A stretch of DNA of 64,000 nt from an uncultured Gammaproteobacteria bacterium (GTDB taxonomy: Bacteria > Patescibacteriota > Microgenomatia > PFEM01 > JAPLYW01), in contig OZ246397.1 of NCBI GenBank assembly GCA_965230945.1, positions 539,925-603,924 of the forward strand, given 5' to 3'. The translations under genes and the position numbers were made by a program. Positions 9,748 through 18,189 of this stretch are shown piece after piece. The notes under the pieces were generated by a model. That model saw only the letters and a list, made by a program, of their open reading frames with translations. It was not told the origin of the DNA and did not search any database. The stretch's first letter is position 1; every line of letters starts with the position of its first letter.

Positions 9748-10437
9748 ATGGCTCAAAGAATAGAAAAAGGATCTTTTGCCCCTGAATTTAAAACTAATCC
9801 TTATCCTGGTCTTTTTGTTGATATCGAAGGCTTGGATGGTTGTGGTCAATCAACGCAGATCCAATTGTTAAATAAACAATTACTTAAAAATGGGATTCAT
9901 CCAGTTCTCACAAAAGAGCCAGTTGAGGACTGCGCTTTAGGTAAAGAAATCCGTCAGATTTTAAAAAAAGAAAAACAAGCAGAAGCTCCTTTAAAACTTC
10001 AAGAAATGTTTGTTGTTAATCGCAAAGATCACCTTGAAAAGATAGTTGCTCCTTCTTTAAAAAGTGGGGGGATGGTGATAACTGACCGTTATTTTTGGTC
10101 AACCATCGCTTTTGGCTCTTTAGACATTAGCTCAATGGATCTTTTGAAAATGAATCAAAATTTTATTATTCCCGATATCACTATTTTTCTTGATGTTCAT
10201 CCGCAGGAGTCTTTGCGGAGGATAATTACCTCTCGGCCTTTGACTGAGTTTTTTGAAAGACAGGAAAAATTGGAGAAAGTTTATCAGACCTACCATTGGT
10301 TGGCGGATAAATTTAAGGAAAAGATTATTGTTATTCCTGGAGAAAGAAAAAAGGAGGAGATTGCCTCAGAAATCTTCAGCCTTATCGGTAATCACCCAAA
10401 ATTTTCTAATTGTATAAATAAAAAGATTTGTTTTTGA
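9748..10437 (+). CDS. tmk: Thymidylate kinase
   Basis: P-loop DIEGLDGCGQSTQ and the DRY motif (ITDRYFWS). The first ATG after the topA stop is used; the track ORF 9631.. overlaps topA. Confidence 0.85.
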   Translation: MAQRIEKGSFAPEFKTNPYPGLFVDIEGLDGCGQSTQIQLLNKQLLKNGIHPVLTKEPVEDCALGKEIRQILKKEKQAEAPLKLQEMFVVNRKDHLEKIVAPSLKSGGMVITDRYFWSTIAFGSLDISSMDLLKMNQNFIIPDITIFLDVHPQESLRRIITSRPLTEFFERQEKLEKVYQTYHWLADKFKEKIIVIPGERKKEEIASEIFSLIGNHPKFSNCINKKICF

Positions 10438-10617
10438 TTATTTTGAGTTTTTTAAGATAACTAAAGAAGGTTCGATTAAAGTCTTTTTATCCATCCTACT
10501 TGGAATATTAGACATTTTGGTTTGAAAAGGCAAAAGTATTCTTTCTTATATAATTATAATGATAAGATAGTCCTAGGCTGATATGCTTAGTAACTTGGAT
10601 ATTATCTGACCATTTTT

Positions 10618-11664
10618 ATGTTAAATAGACTTCATGATATTGACTCGGCAAAATACTTAAAATATTCTTTATTTCTTAGTCAAGTGGAAAAGGATCTCGT
10701 AGAAGAATTTTTAGAGTGGCTTCCGGATGAAATTGTTGACTGTCATACACACTGTGGTCTTTCAGAGCACGTAAAAGAGATTGATAATGAAATATATCAT
10801 CAAATGATAAGTACATTTCAAGGATTTAGTTTTGAGAATTCACACAGGGTTGAAAAGATTTTTTTTCGAAATAAAAATCTCAGATGTTTGAGATTTCCCT
10901 TCCCTTTTAGGGGAATAGATATAAAAGCGGCAAATGATTATCTGTTAAATAAGGTGAAAAGCCCTGACAAAGTGGCACTTTGCGGAATTCCCGAAGATAT
11001 AGAATATACAAATTCAATATTGAGAACAGGCAAATTTAGTGCTCTTAAAATGTATCATCAGCAGTTTAACTCACCCTCGAAACATATTTACGAATATTTC
11101 CCTCCAAAAATTCTGGAAGCTGCTGAAAAAGAAGGAGTTCCCATAATTCTGCATCTGCCAAGAATGATTACGCTGTGCAAAGACGAACTTTTTGATCTGA
11201 TCTATGATTTTCCCGGCTTAAAAATTTCTTTGGCCCATTTGGGACTACCACACCTAGTTGTACCTACTTTAGAGGAAACTTATAGAGAAGTTGCACAGTA
11301 TTCTAATATTAATATGGATACAGCTATGATTCCGTCAAAAGACGTTCTAACGATGGCATTAAGGGCTTTTGGTCCAAGAAGAATAATGTTCGGATCAGAT
11401 GAACCAATAAATCTTATAAGAGCTGTTGTTTACCAAAATCCAATATTGGGTCAAAGGTTGATTACTGAGTATAATTATCATTGGGTAAACAAAGAGGAGC
11501 ATGAGACATATAAACACCTTGCTAAAGGAGCTACCCACATGCATTGGTCTGCAGTTCAGGCAATAAAAGACGCGATAGAAAATCTATATCCCATAAAACA
11601 ACAATCTGAAGTAAAAAATGATATTTTTAACAATAATGCGGTTAAATTTTTTAATTTTGACTAG
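10618..11664 (+). CDS. Amidohydrolase-2 family (TIM-barrel metal-dependent hydrolase), function unknown
   Basis: N-terminal DCHTHCG metal-binding HxH and a later HLPRM...SLAHLG His; AT-rich; convergent with the aspS operon. Confidence 0.5.
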   Translation: MLNRLHDIDSAKYLKYSLFLSQVEKDLVEEFLEWLPDEIVDCHTHCGLSEHVKEIDNEIYHQMISTFQGFSFENSHRVEKIFFRNKNLRCLRFPFPFRGIDIKAANDYLLNKVKSPDKVALCGIPEDIEYTNSILRTGKFSALKMYHQQFNSPSKHIYEYFPPKILEAAEKEGVPIILHLPRMITLCKDELFDLIYDFPGLKISLAHLGLPHLVVPTLEETYREVAQYSNINMDTAMIPSKDVLTMALRAFGPRRIMFGSDEPINLIRAVVYQNPILGQRLITEYNYHWVNKEEHETYKHLAKGATHMHWSAVQAIKDAIENLYPIKQQSEVKNDIFNNNAVKFFNFD

Positions 11665-11717
11665 TCATTGGATTTACTGAGGGGTTGAGCTCTTGATCTG
11701 TAGGGCTATATAGAAAT

Positions 11718-13097
11718 TTATTTTATTTTCTTAAGATTGAGGACCTTTAGAGATTTAGTGGATATTTTTGAAGGTGCTCCCATTAGTAAATCACGGCCTT
11801 CACCTGTTTTCGGAAAAGCAATTACCTCTCTGATATTTGTTTCGCCACATAGTACAGTAGCAAGACGATCGAAACCAAACGCTATTCCTCCATGTGGCGG
11901 TGGTGAAAATTTAAAGGCTTCGAGCATGTGTCCAAATCTGTTTTGCACTTCGCTCTCTGGTAAACCAAGAATCTCAAAAACTTTATGTTGTAAAACTCCA
12001 TCCGATATTCTTATGCTTCCTCCGGCAATTTCGTACCCATTCAAAACTAAATCGTAACCTAAGGCCTTTATTTTTAATAATTCTTTTTCGGGTTTGTTAA
12101 GATCCTCAACGCTTTTAATTTTCGGTTTAGTAAAAGGATGGTGTACAGCTGAAATTTTATTCTCTGTTGGGCCAATTTCAAACATTGGAGAATCTACTAC
12201 CCAACAAAAAGCCAACTCGTTGGGGTCATTGGGATTTTTTCGCGTATCAGGCTTGTCTGTATTGTATTTTTTCATAACGTAATCATAGGTATAAATTGGG
12301 AATTTACCAGCTGGAAGTTTTAAATAGGGGGTAACCTTTCTTATTACAGAAGAAACGGCTGTTTCAGCTAAATTCATAATGTCATCCTGTTCACAAAAAG
12401 ACATTTCAATATCGATCTGGGTAAATTCTGGTTGACGATCTTTTCGCAAATCTTCATCTCTGAAACACCTGGCTAGTTGGTAATATCGTTCTATTCCTGC
12501 TACCATCAAAAGTTGTTTAAATTGTTGAGGAGACTGAGGAAGAACGTATCCTTCGCCTGGATATAAACGGGATGGTACTATATACTCTCTAGCACCCTCG
12601 GGCGTTCCTTTTGTCAAAGCGGGCGTTTCAATTTCTATAAATCCATTTTCATCAAAGAAATTTCTAAAAGCGCTGGCCAGTTTGGCTCTCGTAATGATAT
12701 TTTTACGCATACGTTCAGTTCTTAAATCCAAATAACGGTACTTTAATCGCAATGACTCATCTACAGTTGAAGTGTTTTCATTTACATTAAAGGGAAGTGG
12801 AGCACATTTTGAGATAATCTTTATTGCTTCCGCTACTAATTCAATTTTTCCGAGTTCCTGCTCGGGGTTCACCGTTTGGGATGACCTTTTTTTAATGACC
12901 CCCTTTACCAAAATAAGATCCTCAAGCCCATAGTCCTGTACTAACAAATCTTTACCCAACACAACCTGGATACGTGCTGTCCGGTCGTATAAATCAATAA
13001 ATCCAACTTTAGAATGTTTTCTAAAACGGGAGATCCATCCTAGAGCTTTAACTTCTTTGCCAATATGAGTTTTCAGAGTTAAAATATCGATTTTCAT
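11718..13097 (-). CDS. aspS: Aspartyl-tRNA synthetase, short form (459 aa, no GAD insertion)
   Basis: N-terminal OB anticodon-binding domain, class II motif 2 FRDEDLRKDRQPEFTQIDIE, motif 3 GGIAFGFDRL. Confidence 0.85.
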   Translation of the reverse strand: MKIDILTLKTHIGKEVKALGWISRFRKHSKVGFIDLYDRTARIQVVLGKDLLVQDYGLEDLILVKGVIKKRSSQTVNPEQELGKIELVAEAIKIISKCAPLPFNVNENTSTVDESLRLKYRYLDLRTERMRKNIITRAKLASAFRNFFDENGFIEIETPALTKGTPEGAREYIVPSRLYPGEGYVLPQSPQQFKQLLMVAGIERYYQLARCFRDEDLRKDRQPEFTQIDIEMSFCEQDDIMNLAETAVSSVIRKVTPYLKLPAGKFPIYTYDYVMKKYNTDKPDTRKNPNDPNELAFCWVVDSPMFEIGPTENKISAVHHPFTKPKIKSVEDLNKPEKELLKIKALGYDLVLNGYEIAGGSIRISDGVLQHKVFEILGLPESEVQNRFGHMLEAFKFSPPPHGGIAFGFDRLATVLCGETNIREVIAFPKTGEGRDLLMGAPSKISTKSLKVLNLKKIK

Positions 13098-13102
13098 AGG
13101 AT

Positions 13103-15094
13103 TTAAGGTATTATGTCATATTCTGACCTCGGAAACAAAAAGAGGTCGCTTAAACTTCTTAAGTTAAGTAGTTTAACTAGAAATCTGTCGATACTCAAAC
13201 AGAAACCTCCATGTGGCCTTGGATTTTGAAACGCGTTCAAATAGAATTGATATTTCTTGTGTTTTAATCCTGTTCCTTTTATGCCCTTCAGAAGTTTTTC
13301 GTAATCAGTTTCACGAATAGCCCCCGATGCTATTTCCCAACCTTTATAAATAACATCGAAGCTTAATGTTTTATCCTCCCTATCATGCTTTACATAAAAC
13401 TTTTTTACAGAGCTGGGATATTTTATTATTGCGAACAAATCAGTTTTGTACTTATCTTTGACAATCTTACCAAGCATTTCCTCAAGATCATATCCAAAAT
13501 CTATCCCGTAAGCGACTTTCCCACTTGTGCCTTTGCTATTTAGAAGGCTAAGGGCATCTTCGTAGGTAATTGTTTTTATGGTCTTATTAACTACTTGAGA
13601 TTTTGATATTTCCTTATTTTCATATAGTTTTTTTGTAATCACATTCAATAGAGTTCCCAATAAAGCAATCAGTTGATTTAAATTTTCAACATTAGCCATT
13701 TCTATATCTAAGCCATATGCTTCGGATAAATGCCTAGGAGTTGGGTTTAGTTCTGCTCTCCAAAAAGGACCTAGCTCAAAAAGTTTGTCTATGCCAGAAA
13801 GTATTAAGATCTGTTTATATAATTGGTTTGATTGCCTTAAAAGCATTTTTCTTCCGTACCAATTTACTGTAAAAATTTCCTCGTCTGGATTGTCTCGTAC
13901 GGGGTCAGTTGACACTGCAGTTATTGTGGGAGTATGAATTTCAACAAAACCGAGATATAAAAGTGTCTTTCGAGTAATAAAATAGGCATCACTTTTAAGT
14001 TTAATATTTGGGATTTTGGATTTATAAATTTCGCTATTGATACGAAAGTTTTCGCGTCTGGCATTTTCTTTTAAACTATAGATCATAGCATCCACAGCTT
14101 TTGTTACAGATGTTGAGATAATATCTTTTGCTATAGAGATACTATTTTGCCTTAATTTCTTATTGTATTGTGAATATTCATTTATTGATTTTAGATCATA
14201 AATTTCGTAAAGATTTTTGACTAAAAGAGTATTTTGCGGTGTCCCTAAATCGTATATGAGACAGTATTTGATAGTGCTCAAAAAATCTAGTTGTTCTTTT
14301 TTGAATACATTCGGTGTGGCGAAAAAGATGATGATAGGTTTTACTTTCAAGTTTTTGATGGTATTTAGTCGAACTGCCTTCTTGGCTATTTTATCCTTGA
14401 CTAGTTTTTTTGCTTTATTAATAGTTCTATTTGCTATAACTAGATTTTTATACCCTTTTTCGTTGAGGACTTTACATAACAAACTCCCTGTCGAGCCAGC
14501 ACCAACAATTAGAATGTATGCATCTTGGGGAATCGATCTTTTAATCATCATATCTACGGCTGTTCTTTCCGCAGAGACATTTCCTTTACCAATGTCTGTT
14601 GCATTTCTAACAGCATTTGAGACCTTTCTCGCATTGTTAAAGATTGTTTTTAAAACGATTCCGGCCGTTTTATCATCCGAGGCAATACTTATCGCTTGAC
14701 GTACTTGACCCGTAACCTGATTATCTCCTAAAGTTACACTTTTAAGTCCGCAGGCGGTTTCAAATAAATGCTCAATTACCTTTTTGCCAGAATATTGACA
14801 GATATCGGATATCTTGAAGGAGTTTGGTTTTTGAGATTGCTTCTTCCATAAATTCGTTATTCCGTCCTTATTATCTTCCGCAGCCACATAGTAGATTTCC
14901 ACACAATTGCATTTACTTAGAATTACGCATTCATCCAATCGATATTCATTCTGGAGTTCTTTCGCAAAAGACCGGTGATTTTTAATTAAGTAGGTTTGTA
15001 AAGATTGAAGGTCTCCTGTACCCATTAATGCAGAAAGACAGTGAATCTTTTCTAGTATGTTTTTTGTAATTTTATTTTGGAGCACTAGTGGCAA
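13103..15094 (-). CDS. Fusion protein: glutamyl-tRNA-reductase (HemA)-like catalytic plus NADPH domain (about aa 1-330) joined to an Asp/Asn-tRNA-synthetase-type class IIb catalytic core (about aa 370-663). No anticodon-binding domain.
   Basis: N-terminal half aligns to GluTR by eye: ILSKCNCVEIY (TCNRTE active-site Cys, codon 14909-14911), LKSVTLGDNQVTGQVRQA, ARKVSNAVRNATDIGKGNVS, ILIVGAGSTGSLLCKVLNEKGYKNLVIANRT. C-terminal half carries class IIb aaRS motifs: QSNQLYKQ, FWRAELNPTPRHLSEAYGLDIEMA (motif 2), PHGGFCLSIDRF...LFLFPR (motif 3). TTG start at 15094, first ATG at codon 24. Confidence 0.8.
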   Translation of the reverse strand: MPLVLQNKITKNILEKIHCLSALMGTGDLQSLQTYLIKNHRSFAKELQNEYRLDECVILSKCNCVEIYYVAAEDNKDGITNLWKKQSQKPNSFKISDICQYSGKKVIEHLFETACGLKSVTLGDNQVTGQVRQAISIASDDKTAGIVLKTIFNNARKVSNAVRNATDIGKGNVSAERTAVDMMIKRSIPQDAYILIVGAGSTGSLLCKVLNEKGYKNLVIANRTINKAKKLVKDKIAKKAVRLNTIKNLKVKPIIIFFATPNVFKKEQLDFLSTIKYCLIYDLGTPQNTLLVKNLYEIYDLKSINEYSQYNKKLRQNSISIAKDIISTSVTKAVDAMIYSLKENARRENFRINSEIYKSKIPNIKLKSDAYFITRKTLLYLGFVEIHTPTITAVSTDPVRDNPDEEIFTVNWYGRKMLLRQSNQLYKQILILSGIDKLFELGPFWRAELNPTPRHLSEAYGLDIEMANVENLNQLIALLGTLLNVITKKLYENKEISKSQVVNKTIKTITYEDALSLLNSKGTSGKVAYGIDFGYDLEEMLGKIVKDKYKTDLFAIIKYPSSVKKFYVKHDREDKTLSFDVIYKGWEIASGAIRETDYEKLLKGIKGTGLKHKKYQFYLNAFQNPRPHGGFCLSIDRFLVKLLNLRSLSDLFLFPRSEYDIIP

Positions 15095-15118
15095 TATAGC
15101 AAAAAAACAGAGCTAAAA

Positions 15119-15144
15119 CAATTCAGGCTTCTTGAGGAAGTTTT
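15119..15144. repeat. 26-nt near-exact direct repeat (copy A: aATTCAGGCTTCTTGAGGAAGTTTT), 25 nt upstream of the fusion-gene start
   Basis: 25/26 identity with 16691-16716, which lies inside the rsmA N-terminal coding region. The minus-strand reading of copy A encodes NFLKKPEL followed by a stop. Confidence 0.7.
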
Positions 15145-15431
15145 AGATTTTGTGTATTTTATAGTATTTTGGTAAAATTTCCCTTATGAGTAAAAAGAAA
15201 GCTTTGAAAGAACGACCCCTTACTTAAGGAATTCAGAAAATATTTTGTTTATGTAAATAATTTGAGAAATAAATTGGAATTTGTGAAGGATCGACAAAAA
15301 AAGAGAGGGAGTAACCTTCGGACAAAACCTTAGGTGTGCCCTCTCATCGTGATAATAATATCATACTCCTTTTTGAGAATTTGTCAAGGTTTTTTCCTAT
15401 TTGAGCGTTAGCGAAAACAAGGTTTCCTTAT

Positions 15432-15462
15432 TTGACATTTATATCTTTGATGTTCTAAAAAT
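15432..15462 (+). promoter_or_regulatory. sigma70-like promoter candidate TTGACA-N18-TAAAAT facing the structured element
   Basis: TTGACA at 15432-15437 and an A/T-rich -10 at 15456-15462; the 11-mer TATTTGACATT also occurs at 16963-16973. Confidence 0.3.
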
Positions 15463-15476
15463 AGGCTCATATCTTT

Positions 15477-15581
15477 AAGGTGCGGAGGTAGAATACCCAA
15501 GGTTTGAATAGCTTTCAACCTTTAAGGTTGAAATGTTGTAACATCCTGCAACCAGTTTGATCGAAAGGACTGTAGCACCTT
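15477..15581. ncRNA. structured RNA element of unknown class in the 738-nt region between rsmA and the fusion/aspS operon
   Basis: Closing helix AAGGTGC(15477-15483)/GCACCTT(15575-15581) around a perfect 9-bp hairpin TTTCAACCT-tta-AGGTTGAAA (15513-15533). Confidence 0.3.
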
Positions 15582-15832
15582 CGAACAAGCAATTACATGA
15601 GGTAGGGAAGAAAGAGGCCTTAATACAATTTGTGATTGATAAAATCTATAAAAGAGCAAAAACTGAATTGATTACTTTAGAAACCTTCCGATCGCTTTTG
15701 ATTATGATTTCTATTGTTTGTGTTATAGCATATTTTGGAAGGAAAAACAAATTTTTAATCTAATTGCCTAACAGTTCTAAGTTGTGCTCCTTCGTAACTG
15801 GATGTTTCTGGGACATGTTTTTAGGTATCAAC

Positions 15833-16831
15833 TTAGGACACCTGGAAGGCATACCTGATGTTTTTCCAATCAGCCTGAATTCTAGTTCTATGAATTTTTT
15901 CTAATTTTGCTTGTTGTTTTTGGAGGTTTTTCTCTGCACCAATTGTTAGTTGCTTTTTGTGATTTGCTACTTCAACTAAAAAATATTTAAATAGCCCGAG
16001 CCATTGGTTAAACTTAATTTCTGTAGGGGTTGCTGATTGGCTAAAGTTTAAATCTTTGGCCAGCTTTTTAAATTGTTCTCTAGTAAAGATTTTTCTTAAA
16101 GCTTCTTTAAGTGTTGGTTGCCACTGGCTAAAGGTATAGGCGAGAAAGTCTTTATAGAGTTGACTATTTTTGGTATCCACCACTGACTCTTTTCTCTTTT
16201 GGAGCCGAAGTAAGACGGTATTGACGCCTGGGGGTGGTTGAAAATCTCCCCGTTTAAAATTATGGATAACTTTTGGTTCAAACCATGGTTTGATTAATAA
16301 AACAGACAAAGTTTCTTTACTAGTATAAGGGGAACCAGTAAATTTTTTGGCGGCTTCTTCCTGAACAATAAGATAGGTATCCTCAGGTGAATTTTCTGTA
16401 TTGACAAGTTTTTTTATTATGTCAGCCGTTATGTTGAACGGAATATTGGAAAAAACCTTATATTCTGTTTGGGGGAGTTTGTATTTTAGAAAATCTCCCT
16501 GATGAATTTTTATTTTAGGATTTTGGCCAAAACGATGTTTTAATTTTAAGAATAAGTCTTGGTCTTTTTCAATTGCGATTACTTTTTTACAGCGAAAGGC
16601 GAGTTGTTCGGTAATAATACCCCGACCTGGACCTACTTCATAGACTATATCTTTAGGGTCAATTGAAGATTTTTCCAAAAGATGTTGTACTAATTCAGGC
16701 TTCTTAAGGAAGTTTTGTGAATAAAGGATGCTTTTTCTTTCTGGATATTCTTTTTCAGACATACGCTTTTGCTTATGATATTTCATTGACTTAGGCATAA
16801 TGGCAGTTCCTAAGTATACCATTTTACTCAT
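15833..16831 (-). CDS. rsmA: rRNA adenine N6-dimethyltransferase (KsgA/RsmA family) with a C-terminal extension of about 60 aa
   Basis: YSQNFL, VYEVGPGRGIITEQL (SAM GxGxG), FSNIPFNIT; 332 aa against about 270 typical. Confidence 0.75.
   Translation of the reverse strand: MSKMVYLGTAIMPKSMKYHKQKRMSEKEYPERKSILYSQNFLKKPELVQHLLEKSSIDPKDIVYEVGPGRGIITEQLAFRCKKVIAIEKDQDLFLKLKHRFGQNPKIKIHQGDFLKYKLPQTEYKVFSNIPFNITADIIKKLVNTENSPEDTYLIVQEEAAKKFTGSPYTSKETLSVLLIKPWFEPKVIHNFKRGDFQPPPGVNTVLLRLQKRKESVVDTKNSQLYKDFLAYTFSQWQPTLKEALRKIFTREQFKKLAKDLNFSQSATPTEIKFNQWLGLFKYFLVEVANHKKQLTIGAEKNLQKQQAKLEKIHRTRIQADWKNIRYAFQVS
16691..16716. repeat. 26-nt repeat copy B (inside rsmA codons for NFLKKPEL)
   Basis: AATTCAGGCTTCTTAAGGAAGTTTT; 25/26 identity with 15119-15144. 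Confidence 0.7.
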
Positions 16832-16967
16832 TTTTTAGCGATAATTGATAATATTTATTTACTTGACAGAAAGGCTTGGAGAAGGGAAGCCTACAGATTC
16901 GATATTAACTATTTCTATGAGGGTTTATACAGCTATTGATTTTTTATTAAACAACAGTCTTCTCTAT

Positions 16968-17006
16968 TTGACATTACTGGATTTGGTGGTTTAAACTTGC
17001 TATAAT
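16968..17006 (+). promoter_or_regulatory. promoter candidate: TTGACA (16968-16973) plus extended -10 TGcTATAAT (16998-17006)
   Basis: Consensus hexamers 28 nt upstream of the 17034 start; a TGCTATA(A/C)T extended -10 recurs at 23901, 38731 and 20846. Confidence 0.35.
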
Positions 17007-17033
17007 TAGTCAAATTAATAATCTGCTTAGAAA

Positions 17034-18128
17034 ATGTCAGAATCAAAGATGCCAAAAGAAAAGGTAGAAATTGAATATTCAGGAACGAATCCTCTTATTA
17101 ATTCAGGAAAAGAGGCAATTGAAAATTACAAAAAAATAGCTGAGGAGAATAAGAAGGATGTTTCTGGAGAAGCTTACAAAAAGGTTCTCAGACAAACGGC
17201 AAGGATTCTCGCAACAACATTACCTCTTCCTCTTCTTACTGCTTGTGCCGCTTGTGAGAAACCACCGGTCGTTGAGGAACAGCAGCAGGAAGAAGGGAAA
17301 GGACAGGAGACAGTTCCTTCTGAAACAGCTGAAACAGAAAAGGAGACTGTTCAGGAAGAAACTCCTCCGGTGGTTGAAGAGACTCCTGAAAAAATTGAAT
17401 GGGAAGGGGTCACCATTTCCCCAGTAGAAGGCTTAAAGTTTGATAAGGGAGATTTCTATTTTATGGAAGGAAATGAATATGGCGGGATACCTGGAGAAAA
17501 AGCAGGAGTTTTGGTTAAAGATGGCTTAGAGGTTAATGGGAAAATGGAAAATGCCATTGGTTTAGATCCAATGGTAATTGAGTTTAAAGAAAAAGAGATA
17601 TTTAAGGAAACCAAAGAGCGTTTATTACCTATTCTTATTGACCTAACCAAGTCTAAGGACGTAAAACTACAGGAATTAAATGCAGCAGGAGCAGAAATTG
17701 GTAGAAAAGTTTTAGCTTTCAATGTTGCTATTGGGACGGAGTTTTTGTCACCTCTTTCTGGAAGTTGGGGTATGTTTAAACCCTTTCCGAATGTTGAAGA
17801 TAAATGCTTTTTTATTAATTGGGATATTGGAGTGGAAGGACAATTGGGTGGGTGGGATATCTATTTTAGAGATGCGGAAGTTTTGGCCAAAATGGAAAAA
17901 GAGGTATCAATTCTTAACCCTAAAGATACTAATAGACAGACTCTTATGGAAACAGAAGTCAAATTAGGCGACCCCTTAGGAAAAATTACAAGTAACACTC
18001 CCTTAGAAGAATTTTCCAAAAGTGGCTGGGGTGATTATCAAATTGTAGCTTTTCTTAAAAATAAAGATAGAATTATGGAAGTTGGTAGCGGAGCTGATGC
18101 TTGCAAGGTTTTTATTTTTAACCAATAA
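17034..18128 (+). CDS. hypothetical protein with a Glu/Pro/Thr-rich low-complexity linker
   Basis: 364 aa with an internal hydrophobic segment ending LLTACAAC (lipobox-like); the C-terminal globular domain has no recognisable motif. Confidence 0.45.
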   Translation: MSESKMPKEKVEIEYSGTNPLINSGKEAIENYKKIAEENKKDVSGEAYKKVLRQTARILATTLPLPLLTACAACEKPPVVEEQQQEEGKGQETVPSETAETEKETVQEETPPVVEETPEKIEWEGVTISPVEGLKFDKGDFYFMEGNEYGGIPGEKAGVLVKDGLEVNGKMENAIGLDPMVIEFKEKEIFKETKERLLPILIDLTKSKDVKLQELNAAGAEIGRKVLAFNVAIGTEFLSPLSGSWGMFKPFPNVEDKCFFINWDIGVEGQLGGWDIYFRDAEVLAKMEKEVSILNPKDTNRQTLMETEVKLGDPLGKITSNTPLEEFSKSGWGDYQIVAFLKNKDRIMEVGSGADACKVFIFNQ

Positions 18129-18189
18129 ATTTTCTCAATTACTCATATTGACAAATTTTGATTTGAAGAGATAAACTAAATTAGGGATA

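Noticed and set aside
15095-15832. T-box riboswitch upstream of the aaRS-like operon
   Set aside because: I searched the minus-strand reading of the leader for the T-box consensus (AATTAGGGTGGNACCGCG) and a specifier loop and found nothing resembling it. I kept it only as an unclassified structured region.
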